A stretch of DNA of 53,795 nt. Source: a virus. Taxonomy: Duplodnaviria > Caudoviricetes. This document shows positions 37,619-45,942 of this stretch, piece after piece (within the stretch, counting starts at the first letter, position 1; each line of letters begins with the position of its first letter). The DNA lies in IMG/VR virus record IMGVR_UViG_3300031949_000051, positions 1-53,795 of that record; one strand, 5' to 3'. Position numbers and translations under genes: made by a program. The notes beneath the pieces are model-generated. The model had not been told where the DNA came from. It saw only the letters and a list, made by a program, of their open reading frames with translations, and made no database searches.

Positions 37619-37653
37619 GATCCAACTACTGATCTATACCGCTGCTTGCGATC
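37619..37653. repeat. GATC-rich element (copy C, half site)
   Basis: 37624-37635 reverse-complements to AGATCAGTAGTT, identical to 33289-33300; three GATC. Confidence 0.6.
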
Positions 37654-37813
37654 ATCTCTCGTACCCGAACGTGACTGTCAACGTGATGCACAATGCGGAG
37701 AGCCAGTAGCACATGTCGGCGTACTTTCCATGCCATCCCCACCACGCTGCATTCAGCAGATAGAGACCCATGATTACAAAGTTGAACACGCGGGGGTCGA
37801 AGAAGGCGATCAT
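37652..37813 (-). CDS. Small two-TM membrane protein
   Basis: FNFVIMGLYLLNAAWW...YWLSALCITLTVTF. Confidence 0.6.
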   Translation of the reverse strand: MIAFFDPRVFNFVIMGLYLLNAAWWGWHGKYADMCYWLSALCITLTVTFGYER

Positions 37814-38019
37814 CCGGCCGGCTGTTCGCAACGTGAGCACCACGACTTGCTCAGGATGCTGCCGCAGTCGAGGCAACGCCACTGGACGGGGACGATGCGG
37901 TCGATGCGACGGGGGAGGCACATCTCGTCCATCCACTCAACGATACTCTTCTCGCGCTCCAACTTGCCAACAACGGCATCCTCCCGGCCCACAACGATGC
38001 TCTCCCGGTCGTCGCTCAC
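37810..38019 (-). CDS. Zn-ribbon hypothetical protein
   Basis: GTGA overlap; CLDC...CSRC. Confidence 0.55.
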   Translation of the reverse strand: MSDDRESIVVGREDAVVGKLEREKSIVEWMDEMCLPRRIDRIVPVQWRCLDCGSILSKSWCSRCEQPAG

Positions 38020-38939
38020 GCTGCCACCTCGATCACTTCCCCCTCCCCCCAGCTCTTCCCCACCTTGAACTCCACCGGGCACCAAAATCCGTTCGGATAA
38101 AACTTGTCCCAGATCATCTGCGGCCACTTGCGTTCCATCAACCGCTTGAGCAGGCGCGCTGTCGGCAGCGCCTCCTGCGGCTCCACCTCCAGCACAAAGT
38201 TGTCGTGCTGGTACGTGTAAAGCGGCGGCTCCGGCAGCTCTGCATCCGCAAGCACCCTCCTGAACATCCCGCCCCCCGTGCTCTGCGCAGGCTGCGCCAG
38301 CGCCTTGTTTCGATCCGGCCACTTCTCGTACTGCGGCTCGCCGTGCTTATCCTTCGGCACCATCGCCCAGAAGTAGCGCCGCCTCCCGAACGGGTTGATG
38401 AGGAAGCGTTGCCTTGACGCCAGCTCCGCGGTTTCAAGCTGCCAGCGTGCAATCGCCGGCCAGCGGTTGAGGTACGCTCTCACCATCTGCTTGCAGTATT
38501 CCACACTCCACCCGTATTGTAGCGCCATTTTGTTCTCTTGCATCCCATACCCGAGCGCCAGCTCCGCCCGCTTGGTCGCCTGCCGGCACGTCTCCAGCCC
38601 CCCTTGGAACTCCACTTTGAACGCCTTGGCGTTCTCCTTCGTGGGATTAGCGAACAAGTTGGCGAGCAGCGCCCGCGCCTCCACTTCCTGGCACCCATTC
38701 CATTGCGCCACCTTCCACGGCTCGGTGGCACGGTAGAGCGCGGCCGCCGTGTGTGCGTACAGATCCCCCCCGCTCAACACGATCTCCATCCGCTCGCTGT
38801 CTCGCGCGAAGAAGGCGGTGAGCGCTGCCTCCATCTGGCTCCAGTCGGCCTGGAGCAGCACGTTGCCGGCCACTCGTGGAATCCACAGGTGGCGCAACTC
38901 CTCGGGGACCGTCTACTGCGCGTTGAACGATCTGCTCAA
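38016..38939 (-). CDS. polA: DNA polymerase A, C-terminal part (motifs A/B/C), in-frame TAG at 38915-38913
   Basis: DWSQME, RQATKRAELALGYG, NPFGRRR, AQSTGG, YQHDN; N-terminus reads MSRSFNAQ*TVPEELR from TTG 38939. Confidence 0.88.
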
Positions 38940-39364
38940 CGCGACTGCCCCCCCCTCTCTGGGTGGTACTTGCCCCCACGCCAGCGAGAAGAATATTTGT
39001 AGTAGTAAGCTTTGTGGATAGCGTATGCACACATTCTACAGCGGCGTCGGCCGTGCTTCAGAATCCACAAATTGTGGCCAACGAGAGAATGCCCGCGTTG
39101 GCAGTGCGTGCGTCCCCCGCCAAACCGATGGCCATGTATCTCTACAGCAAAGTGATCCTTTGGTGAGACGAGTTGCAGATGTCGAATGCTTATACAAGCA
39201 CGATTTCGGCAAATGTGGTGAATGTGCCACCCCGGGGGGATAGCGCCATTGGAAGACTCCCACACCGCGCGATGCGCCAGCAATCGGCGACCTGCCATTG
39301 TGCACCGTTTGTATCCTGCCGCGTTAGGAACGCCGCCACCTACGATACAATTATTGAACGCCAT
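38936..39364 (-). CDS. HNH homing endonuclease
   Basis: GY...AHRAVW...GAIP..WHIHHICRNRAC...HL, then HCQRGH...CRMC; lower GC. Confidence 0.88.
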   Translation of the reverse strand: MAFNNCIVGGGVPNAAGYKRCTMAGRRLLAHRAVWESSNGAIPPGWHIHHICRNRACISIRHLQLVSPKDHFAVEIHGHRFGGGRTHCQRGHSLVGHNLWILKHGRRRCRMCAYAIHKAYYYKYSSRWRGGKYHPERGGQSR

Positions 39365-39370
39365 ATATGT

Positions 39371-39379
39371 ATTGTATCA
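39371..39379 (-). promoter_or_regulatory. Extended -10 promoter for HNH (leaderless)
   Basis: TGATACAAT followed by 6 nt and ATG 39364. Confidence 0.55.
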
Positions 39380-39392
39380 TACTTCGGCTTGC

Positions 39393-39653
39393 TCACGCAG
39401 CAACGTCTTCCATCGCCACTTTCACCAGCCTCGCCGTTGCCGACTGCACCTGCATCGCCGTTACCACCTGCTCCAGCGTCATCCGGTGATCATACATCCG
39501 CCGGAGGATCGCCTTCATATCCTGGTAGCAGGTGTCGCAAACGATCTCGCTTGTTGCAGCGGATGGTGTGACCTTCCGCAACTTGCCGAAGATCGCCTCT
39601 CCGCACGCCCCGCACACGAGCGGCTTGGTGCTGTGCTTAATGTGTGTTGCCAT
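39393..39653 (-). CDS. Zn-finger hypothetical protein
   Basis: GGAGG RBS; CGAC...CDTC. Confidence 0.65.
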   Translation of the reverse strand: MATHIKHSTKPLVCGACGEAIFGKLRKVTPSAATSEIVCDTCYQDMKAILRRMYDHRMTLEQVVTAMQVQSATARLVKVAMEDVAA

Positions 39654-39801
39654 CGGTGTCCTCCAGCCATTTGATATTGCATAGCACTAGCGTTTGCCCA
39701 TCCCGAGCGTGCAGGTGCGTTACCTTGTTCACTCGCTCAACGCTGATGTGCTTGCACGGCACCTCGAATGCACACTTGCTGCAAATGATGGTTGCTTTCA
39801 C
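39637..39801 (-). CDS. Small hypothetical protein
   Basis: GAGGAGGGAG RBS, GTG start; CSKC. Confidence 0.5.
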   Translation of the reverse strand: MKATIICSKCAFEVPCKHISVERVNKVTHLHARDGQTLVLCNIKWLEDTDGNTH

Positions 39802-40021
39802 TTGTCCACTCCCTCCTCTTCTTCCGCATCCTGTTGCGATCACAAGTCAAACAAATGTGTTGATCGACTCGAAACACGTACCGGTGGGGAGAGTGCCCGC
39901 GCTTACAGCGATCTCTAATCTGGCCATGCAACCAAAGGAAGTGTTGCCCATTGACACCACGCTGCGCATATCCATTGGTGATGGATCGCGTCCAAATCCA
40001 ACACAAGTTTGCTGGCATCAT
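39737..40021 (-). pseudogene. Degenerate HNH endonuclease (catalytic core missing)
   Basis: Keeps N-terminal CWIWT..I.NGY and C-terminal CKRGH...CLTC but lacks the HxCRNRAC core of the two paralogs. Confidence 0.6.
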
Positions 40022-42009
40022 TTTCCTTCGCCCTCCTCTCCCCCCGACGAAAGACGCCCAGTCGACGTTCTGTGACAATTATACGGCGGGTGCGCCAACC
40101 CCATCGCGTCGAGGATCGTCCGCTTGCGATCCGTCGTGGTAATCGGGATCACGTAGCCGGTCAGGTGCTTCTGCACCTTGGCGATCCTCAGCCTCAGCCT
40201 CACCCCCTCGTCCCCCGTTTCGTTGAGCATGATCCGCAGCACGTCGTCGTCTACACTCTGCGCCCCGCCTTTCGTGCGCATCCGCACCTTGTACCCCTTG
40301 ATCTCGTAGATCCACCAGCGCCAGTGGGCATCCGAAGTCGGAGAGAATCCTCTCTCCAGCACCCGGAGGCGAGCAAGTTGCTTAGTGCGTGCTGCGCAGA
40401 GATCGCCTGACTTTCGACGGGCAGTATCGGGAACTGAAGCAAAGATCCCGGCGCAAACGCTGCATTTTGCAGCGCGTGGAGGACGGATTCCATCGTACGA
40501 GGGGTGTTTAGCGCAGCGTTCAGGTTCTGGAGCCTCCAATTCGCGTATCTCTCCCTCGAAACCTGCAACGACGGCGCGCTGGGGTTCCACTCTTCGAGCC
40601 GCCCACTCCTCAGCAACCAACGCCCGAGCCTCTGCCGCATACCCATTGAGTTCCTCCCGCAGCTTCGCTTCGACCGTCCGCGCAGCCGCTCTGTCCGCCC
40701 TCATCCCCGCCCGTTCAGCGTACCACAGTCGCGGCAACGCAGCCATCGTCACATTCAACTCGTCCATCAGCCCCGCCGCCTCCAGCTTCGGCAGCAGAAT
40801 CTTCTTCAACGCCTTGGTGCTCACGATGTCGAACCAGTTGTAAAGATGCCACCACGAGTTGAACCCTTCCGGCAGTCCGAGTATCCGCCCAATCACCCGC
40901 TGCAACGCCGGGCTGTCCGGGAGTCCCTTCCACTGAAAGTAGTACGCTGCGTACCTGCTCATGCACTCATCAAGCGCCGCCGGCAAGTCGGGCTCATCGA
41001 GGTTGGCGGCAACGATGGTGTCGAAGAACGGTGGTGCGACGATCACCCCGTTCCCTGCCGATGCTTTGAGATCGTACAAAATGTTGTGCCCCACCTTGAG
41101 CGCCGGGCCTTCGAGTACCCGCCGCACCGGATCGATCCACGCCGGATACCAGGGGATCTCGTACACCGGCCCGTCGTCCACCTCCAGCCCCAGCAGGAAC
41201 ATCTGCTGCGGGTTGCGCCTTGCCGTCTCCACGTCGAACACGACTTCGTGCCCGCGCAATGCCGCAACCTCGTCCATCCGCGGAGACTCCACCATCCGCG
41301 GCTCCATTGGCCACCGCCCCCGCTCCGGCGGCTTGCGGAGAATCCTCCGTATATCCTCCGCAAACACCGGTCGCTGCTCCCACTGCCCCCGGATGATGTG
41401 CGCAGGGTGGAGAGCTGAAATCACCCACGGGTCGCCCGGCCACGAGAGCGCCGGCACGCTCACTCCAGGGATTAACTGGACTCTCCCTCCGGGATTCGCC
41501 GCAGCGATCTCGCTCTGTCGCCAGAGACTCCCTCTCCAGTTTGTGATAGACGGCGGACACGGCCTCCCTTTGTTGTCCGTGTCAAGCGCATCGCCAACGT
41601 ATCGCCAAAGTGCTTTGCCTCCAAGCATGAGGAGTCGCGGAGGACCTGGATTACCTGATGCAGCAACCTCGGCTTCGAGATATTGAGAGCAATGTCTGAT
41701 GGCCCGCGCCCAGAGATCACGGTTACGCTCCTCTCCACGCCCCTTCTCACTCCCCCACTCTTTCGGCGGCTTGCATTTGATGACGTTGGCGGTATACCAA
41801 TCGTCATGTCGAGATCCCACTTGGCGGAACGCTTTTTCATTCTCCACTCCCGCTGCCCCGACGAACGGGCGGCTGACGACAATCTCATCCTTCCCCGGTG
41901 CCTCCCCCAGGCGCCACTGCTTGCGCGGATCACCGCACCCCGGCACGAACCCCTTGCCAATCTCAGCAAGGGGGCATCCAATGCAGCCGCTTGGCTTGCG
42001 CGGGTCCAT
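40018..42009 (-). CDS. polA: DNA polymerase A, N-terminal part: family-4 UDG + 3'-5' exonuclease + thumb/palm start
   Basis: CIGCPL, GEAPG, RPFVGAAG, NVIKC, HPAHIIR; VFDVET, GHNILYD, YNWFD; ends TSTGRLSSGGEEGEGK. Confidence 0.9.
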   Translation of the reverse strand: MDPRKPSGCIGCPLAEIGKGFVPGCGDPRKQWRLGEAPGKDEIVVSRPFVGAAGVENEKAFRQVGSRHDDWYTANVIKCKPPKEWGSEKGRGEERNRDLWARAIRHCSQYLEAEVAASGNPGPPRLLMLGGKALWRYVGDALDTDNKGRPCPPSITNWRGSLWRQSEIAAANPGGRVQLIPGVSVPALSWPGDPWVISALHPAHIIRGQWEQRPVFAEDIRRILRKPPERGRWPMEPRMVESPRMDEVAALRGHEVVFDVETARRNPQQMFLLGLEVDDGPVYEIPWYPAWIDPVRRVLEGPALKVGHNILYDLKASAGNGVIVAPPFFDTIVAANLDEPDLPAALDECMSRYAAYYFQWKGLPDSPALQRVIGRILGLPEGFNSWWHLYNWFDIVSTKALKKILLPKLEAAGLMDELNVTMAALPRLWYAERAGMRADRAAARTVEAKLREELNGYAAEARALVAEEWAARRVEPQRAVVAGFEGEIRELEAPEPERCAKHPSYDGIRPPRAAKCSVCAGIFASVPDTARRKSGDLCAARTKQLARLRVLERGFSPTSDAHWRWWIYEIKGYKVRMRTKGGAQSVDDDVLRIMLNETGDEGVRLRLRIAKVQKHLTGYVIPITTTDRKRTILDAMGLAHPPYNCHRTSTGRLSSGGEEGEGK

Positions 42010-42932
42010 CAGCTTGCGATGGAAGCCCCGCTGAACGGTCGGTACTCGCTCGCTGCCCGCATCCCCGCCTGATGTGCGGCCAGCACCTGTTGCCCTCCTC
42101 CCAAGGCGCTGCACACCACGTTGACATCACAGTACATCTGGCACTTCTGCCCGCCCAGCATCGGCAACCCGGCAAGTGGCAGCTCCTTGACCACTTCAGC
42201 CGGCGGCCTCCCTTCCTCGATCTCCTTGAACCCCCGCTTGAGCATCTCGACAATCTCGCGCACGGTGAAGCCTGCTCCGCCGGGCTTGTAGCTCAGCAGC
42301 TCCTCGACTCCCATGAACCGCACCGGCTTTTTGATCCACTCGCTTCCGTACTTCTGCCGGTCCCGCCCGCTCAGCGGCGCCGTGTACCAGATGTGCCCGA
42401 ACTCCGGCCGCTTGCCGAAGTTGAGTTCGAGCATGTTGGCGTAGAATCCCCCCACCTGTGCGCTGTCGTCGTCACGAGCCTCGTGGCTCTTGACGATGAA
42501 GCTGAGCGCCCCGGCGTTGGTGATCTTGTAATCGACAATGTAGTCGCCGTCACTCGACCAGTTGTCCACCTGTGCGCTCATCTTCCCGATGCCGGGGAAT
42601 TCGATGTCGCTGAGCTGGACCTCGGTGCGGAACCCGTACTTCCCTCCCGCTTGCGCCATGACCTTGTGCCACACCGATCCCCTGAAGCGCACGTCCGCTC
42701 CATGGGGGAGGGCGTAGTAGTCCATGAACCGCTTGATGATTGTCTCGCGTGGGCAGGCGAGGCAGGTGGTGGGCGTCAAGGTGGAGCCGACGTGGAAGCG
42801 GTCGCCTTTGATCCCGTCAAGGATCATCGCCGCCCACACGGGGGGAAACGGGGGGTCAGGGCACTCCCCCATGAAGTGATCGAGCCCCACCTGCTTCGCT
42901 TCCTCCGGGCAGATCCAACCGATAAGTCCCAT
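42009..42932 (-). CDS. Cas4-like PD-(D/E)XK exonuclease
   Basis: ACPR, RGSVWH, QVD...VDYK, Q...Y, C-terminal CQMYCDVNVVC Cys cluster. Confidence 0.8.
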   Translation of the reverse strand: MGLIGWICPEEAKQVGLDHFMGECPDPPFPPVWAAMILDGIKGDRFHVGSTLTPTTCLACPRETIIKRFMDYYALPHGADVRFRGSVWHKVMAQAGGKYGFRTEVQLSDIEFPGIGKMSAQVDNWSSDGDYIVDYKITNAGALSFIVKSHEARDDDSAQVGGFYANMLELNFGKRPEFGHIWYTAPLSGRDRQKYGSEWIKKPVRFMGVEELLSYKPGGAGFTVREIVEMLKRGFKEIEEGRPPAEVVKELPLAGLPMLGGQKCQMYCDVNVVCSALGGGQQVLAAHQAGMRAASEYRPFSGASIAS

Positions 42933-42936
42933 GTTT

Positions 42937-43428
42937 TCACTCCTTTACGATAGACTTCTGTTTCCGAGTCACCTTCGGTGCCATTGGCTGCAACCAGTGG
43001 ATTGGCCGCCAGATGACCACCATGCTCGGGAACCGCGGGCTCCCCGCCGGCTTCCCGTCAATCTCGAACCGCACCCTTCCTCTGATCAGGCGCACCTCTG
43101 CGTTGCTTAGCTTGCAGCAGGTGTGAAACCACCGCTGATCCGTGAACACCGGGGCGATCATCACAACGAGGGCGGCAGTGTAGAACGACGCCTTGCCCGC
43201 CCATGCTGCGATCTCGTTGTACGGCGGGTTGACAAACACCCGCTCGCCCAGCCACGACTGCGCCAACCCATCCTCCGCCTCCGTCCAGAACCGCGGCAGC
43301 TTGGTGTTTGCGGCCGTTGCTGCTGCATCCACTGTGAACTTGAACTCGTCGTTGAGCTGGTCGAACAGCCACTTGGGTGTCTCCCACTCTTGCGACCGCT
43401 CCGTTGCTGCGTTCATGCCGCTATTCAT
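42937..43428 (-). CDS. dam: Phage DNA N6-adenine methyltransferase (Dam-like)
   Basis: WETP..LF..L..EF.F.VDAAA, DGL.QSW, FVNPPY, GRVRF, FPSM. Confidence 0.88.
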   Translation of the reverse strand: MNSGMNAATERSQEWETPKWLFDQLNDEFKFTVDAAATAANTKLPRFWTEAEDGLAQSWLGERVFVNPPYNEIAAWAGKASFYTAALVVMIAPVFTDQRWFHTCCKLSNAEVRLIRGRVRFEIDGKPAGSPRFPSMVVIWRPIHWLQPMAPKVTRKQKSIVKE

Positions 43429-43603
43429 CGAACTCGAACCTCTCGTCGATTTCAAGCATGATGTAATTGAGTTGCGTGTCGAAGATGTGCTCTTCGCTGG
43501 CCGGCTTCCCGTGCTTGTGCGCCTTCATGTAGCCACAGCGAAGTCCCACCTCGATAGCATCTTGGAGCAACCGATATGTGCGTGGCTTGGCGCCAAACTT
43601 CAT
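43421..43603 (-). CDS. Hypothetical protein
   Basis: ATGA overlap; AIEVG..CGY.KAHKH. Confidence 0.6.
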   Translation of the reverse strand: MKFGAKPRTYRLLQDAIEVGLRCGYMKAHKHGKPASEEHIFDTQLNYIMLEIDERFEFDE

Positions 43604-44196
43604 GGCAATCCCCCGCCAAAGTAGTCTGCCACCAGCACCGGCTCCCTCATCGTCCCGAGCCGCCAGTTGTGGATGATCTTCCCCGTCCGCCCATTGCCAT
43701 CCTCGAACGGATGGATCGTCTCGAATGTCACGTATGCCTTGTCGGGCTCCATCGCCTCCTGATCCCCCTCCCACTCCTCCATCAGCCGAGGCACGTCCTG
43801 CCAATCGGGGCAAGCGCGTGCACCCACCCTCACACCGCACGTTCGCCACCCCTCGCGGTTCGTCTCCGGCTCCACCATCCGCCCCCACAGCTTCACCGTC
43901 TCGGTATCAAGCGGCCCCTGGAAGGTGATCGCGTGGTTCCATGCCGCCATCATCGCACCGACACGGAACCAGAAGTCGGATGAGCCGAGCTTCCATCCTT
44001 GCCGCACAACTTCGTCCATGATGAACTTGCGAATGCTCATTTTCATTACGCCTCCAAATCCATCGCACTTCGGGCAGTCCGCCCACATATGCAGCAGCTT
44101 CGTCCCACACTCCCGGCACTGCGCCCCCTGCCGCTGATCCGAGTACCCGAGCATGGTGCCGTCGGGGGACCAGATTGGGTAGCGGCTCACGGACAC
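43600..44196 (-). CDS. Fic/Doc-family protein (optional N-terminal Zn ribbon; alternative start 44040)
   Basis: FETIHPFEDGNGRTGK; CREC...CPKC upstream in frame. Confidence 0.85.
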   Translation of the reverse strand: MSVSRYPIWSPDGTMLGYSDQRQGAQCRECGTKLLHMWADCPKCDGFGGVMKMSIRKFIMDEVVRQGWKLGSSDFWFRVGAMMAAWNHAITFQGPLDTETVKLWGRMVEPETNREGWRTCGVRVGARACPDWQDVPRLMEEWEGDQEAMEPDKAYVTFETIHPFEDGNGRTGKIIHNWRLGTMREPVLVADYFGGGLP

Positions 44197-44198
44197 CT

Positions 44199-45113
44199 CT
44201 AAAAATCAGCCAACGAGCAAGCGCCGGCAGCATTCAAACAACCGTGTGCGAAGGTATCGACAGCAATGATCGCCGCAGCAACCTGCACCCGGACGTTCTG
44301 TAGTGAAAGTGGTGGTGCGCTACCGCCAGTTGCCTTTTTCGGAAAACCGTATACATGAAGCTCAATCGGAGCCTGCCAGCAGTCGAGCCCCATACAATCG
44401 ACTCCATCCATGAGGTTGTCGTAAGTCTCGCTGGTAAACTCGAAAGTTCTCCAGTAGCCTTCGGTTCCTTCTGTGACATCGATGATTACAGTTGAACTCA
44501 CCACTCCGTTGACCTTCAGTGCTACTCCAATCTTTGCGGCGGCCCCTGGAATGAACGCTCCAGTGTCAGTGCGGTGCGCGATCATACGCAAAGTCAGTAA
44601 CACCTTAACTTGCGAGCTACCAAGGGCTAGAACGTGGTTGATGCAACTTGCAGTGATTGCTCCCGTGCCATAACACGTGTTTGTTGAGTAGAGATTTAGA
44701 CACATGTCGTGAGCTTGCATTCCCCCCGAAAATCCGCCGACATTTGTTATGACATATCTCCCAAACTTGAATGGGGTGTTTGGTGCAATCAACTCGGTAT
44801 AGGCGTCGAAGCCAACAGCGCCGCTGTGGATGTGCGTATACGACAGGCTATCGCAAAGCGGGGGTCCGTTACCTTGGAGATCGTAGTCATCCAAAACACG
44901 CGAGCTTTTGTCAAATACATAGTCGTCAACTGGGCACAGTCCGTCCATTTGACCAGTGGGTATTGCCCACTGATTCAAGACATCGGTGGTTGGAACCATG
45001 TATATCACTGGCGTACCAACGGGAGTACATAGATCGTCATATGCAAATCCACGCGAACCAACGAGCATGAACAACACAAGACATAGCAATCCCAATCCGA
45101 CTCTCATTCTCAT
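44199..45113 (-). CDS. Secreted Cys-rich protein, lower GC
   Basis: AAGGAG RBS; MRMRVGLGLLCLVLFMLVGSRGFA signal peptide; 10 Cys in mature part. Confidence 0.75.
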   Translation of the reverse strand: MRMRVGLGLLCLVLFMLVGSRGFAYDDLCTPVGTPVIYMVPTTDVLNQWAIPTGQMDGLCPVDDYVFDKSSRVLDDYDLQGNGPPLCDSLSYTHIHSGAVGFDAYTELIAPNTPFKFGRYVITNVGGFSGGMQAHDMCLNLYSTNTCYGTGAITASCINHVLALGSSQVKVLLTLRMIAHRTDTGAFIPGAAAKIGVALKVNGVVSSTVIIDVTEGTEGYWRTFEFTSETYDNLMDGVDCMGLDCWQAPIELHVYGFPKKATGGSAPPLSLQNVRVQVAAAIIAVDTFAHGCLNAAGACSLADF

Positions 45114-45144
45114 TGTGTCTCCTTGCAGCCTTTGCTGCGGTTTC

Positions 45145-45435
45145 CTACTTCCAACGTTTCTTCTCCACAAGCATACAAAAAAGCGGCGACCGGTTCCCCG
45201 CTTCATCCACCGCCCGCACCCGCATGTACAAACACTGCCCCGGCGCGGGGTCCATCCCCTCGATGGTGAACGTCGTCTCCGTCCCGACCGTGCGCCCGAT
45301 GTCGGCCAGCGGCTCGGGAACGAACGCGGCCTGGATGATGTAGTGGCTCAGGTCGAGCGCCGGGGTGCCGTCGCAGTGAGTCAATGAGGGATCCCAAGCG
45401 ACTTGCGTGCTTAACAATATTAAAAGGTTCAACAT
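45145..45435 (-). CDS. Fibronectin type III-like small exported protein
   Basis: Hydrophobic N-terminus; WDP....DGT..DL..Y.I...Y.RVRAVD.AGN.S. Confidence 0.65.
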   Translation of the reverse strand: MLNLLILLSTQVAWDPSLTHCDGTPALDLSHYIIQAAFVPEPLADIGRTVGTETTFTIEGMDPAPGQCLYMRVRAVDEAGNRSPLFCMLVEKKRWK

Positions 45436-45848
45436 TGTTGCTTTGGGTAACCGAGTAGCCTACGCCTTGCATAGCGGCGCCGCTCATACTCCCGCCTGCA
45501 AAGTCGACATACACGTCCTTGAGTGCGCCCATTGGTTGTGGCAAGCAAAACGTGGGCTCCTGAAGCTGGGTGCCCACAATTGAGCTTGAGTTGATTTGGG
45601 CTCATTTGTATTCGCGGCTCAAGAAACATGTGTGTACGGCGATGAACCGGCCAAAGATGGCCAGGGTTAAAACAAGCGCGGTTTCTGCACCAATGATGAA
45701 GATCCCAATCTTCAGCGACCGGCCCATGAATAGACTCCCACAGCAGCCGGTGAACTTTACGCACTTTTCCTTCCCACCAAACATTGCCGTAGCCTCTGCT
45801 CAAACTCTTTGTCCATGTCCAACACTGTGAATGAGCAGTCGCCGACAT
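45429..45848 (-). CDS. HNH homing endonuclease
   Basis: CWTWT....GYG...VHRLLW..IHGP...LHHWCRNRACFNPGHL, CGH...CRLC; start uncertain. Confidence 0.88.
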   Translation of the reverse strand: MSATAHSQCWTWTKSLSRGYGNVWWEGKVRKVHRLLWESIHGPVAEDWDLHHWCRNRACFNPGHLWPVHRRTHMFLEPRIQMSPNQLKLNCGHPASGAHVLLATTNGRTQGRVCRLCRREYERRRYARRRLLGYPKQQC

Positions 45849-45942
45849 TTCTATTAAACGCATCAGGCTGTGGGGTGCAGCGATCATCGTCAAGGCGGGC
45901 AGCAAGTAGCTCATTTGCTCATAATCCCTTGGTGGGGGATTA

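Noticed and set aside
38940-40017. Group I intron or intein in polA
   Set aside because: The gap is almost fully coding, with no recognisable P7 core and no intein terminal residues; only a covariance-model scan could formally exclude an intron.
42009-42932. CRISPR-Cas system or mini-array near the Cas4-like gene
   Set aside because: No repeat-spacer array or other cas genes; context (Sak4-like, SSB-like) indicates a recombination exonuclease.
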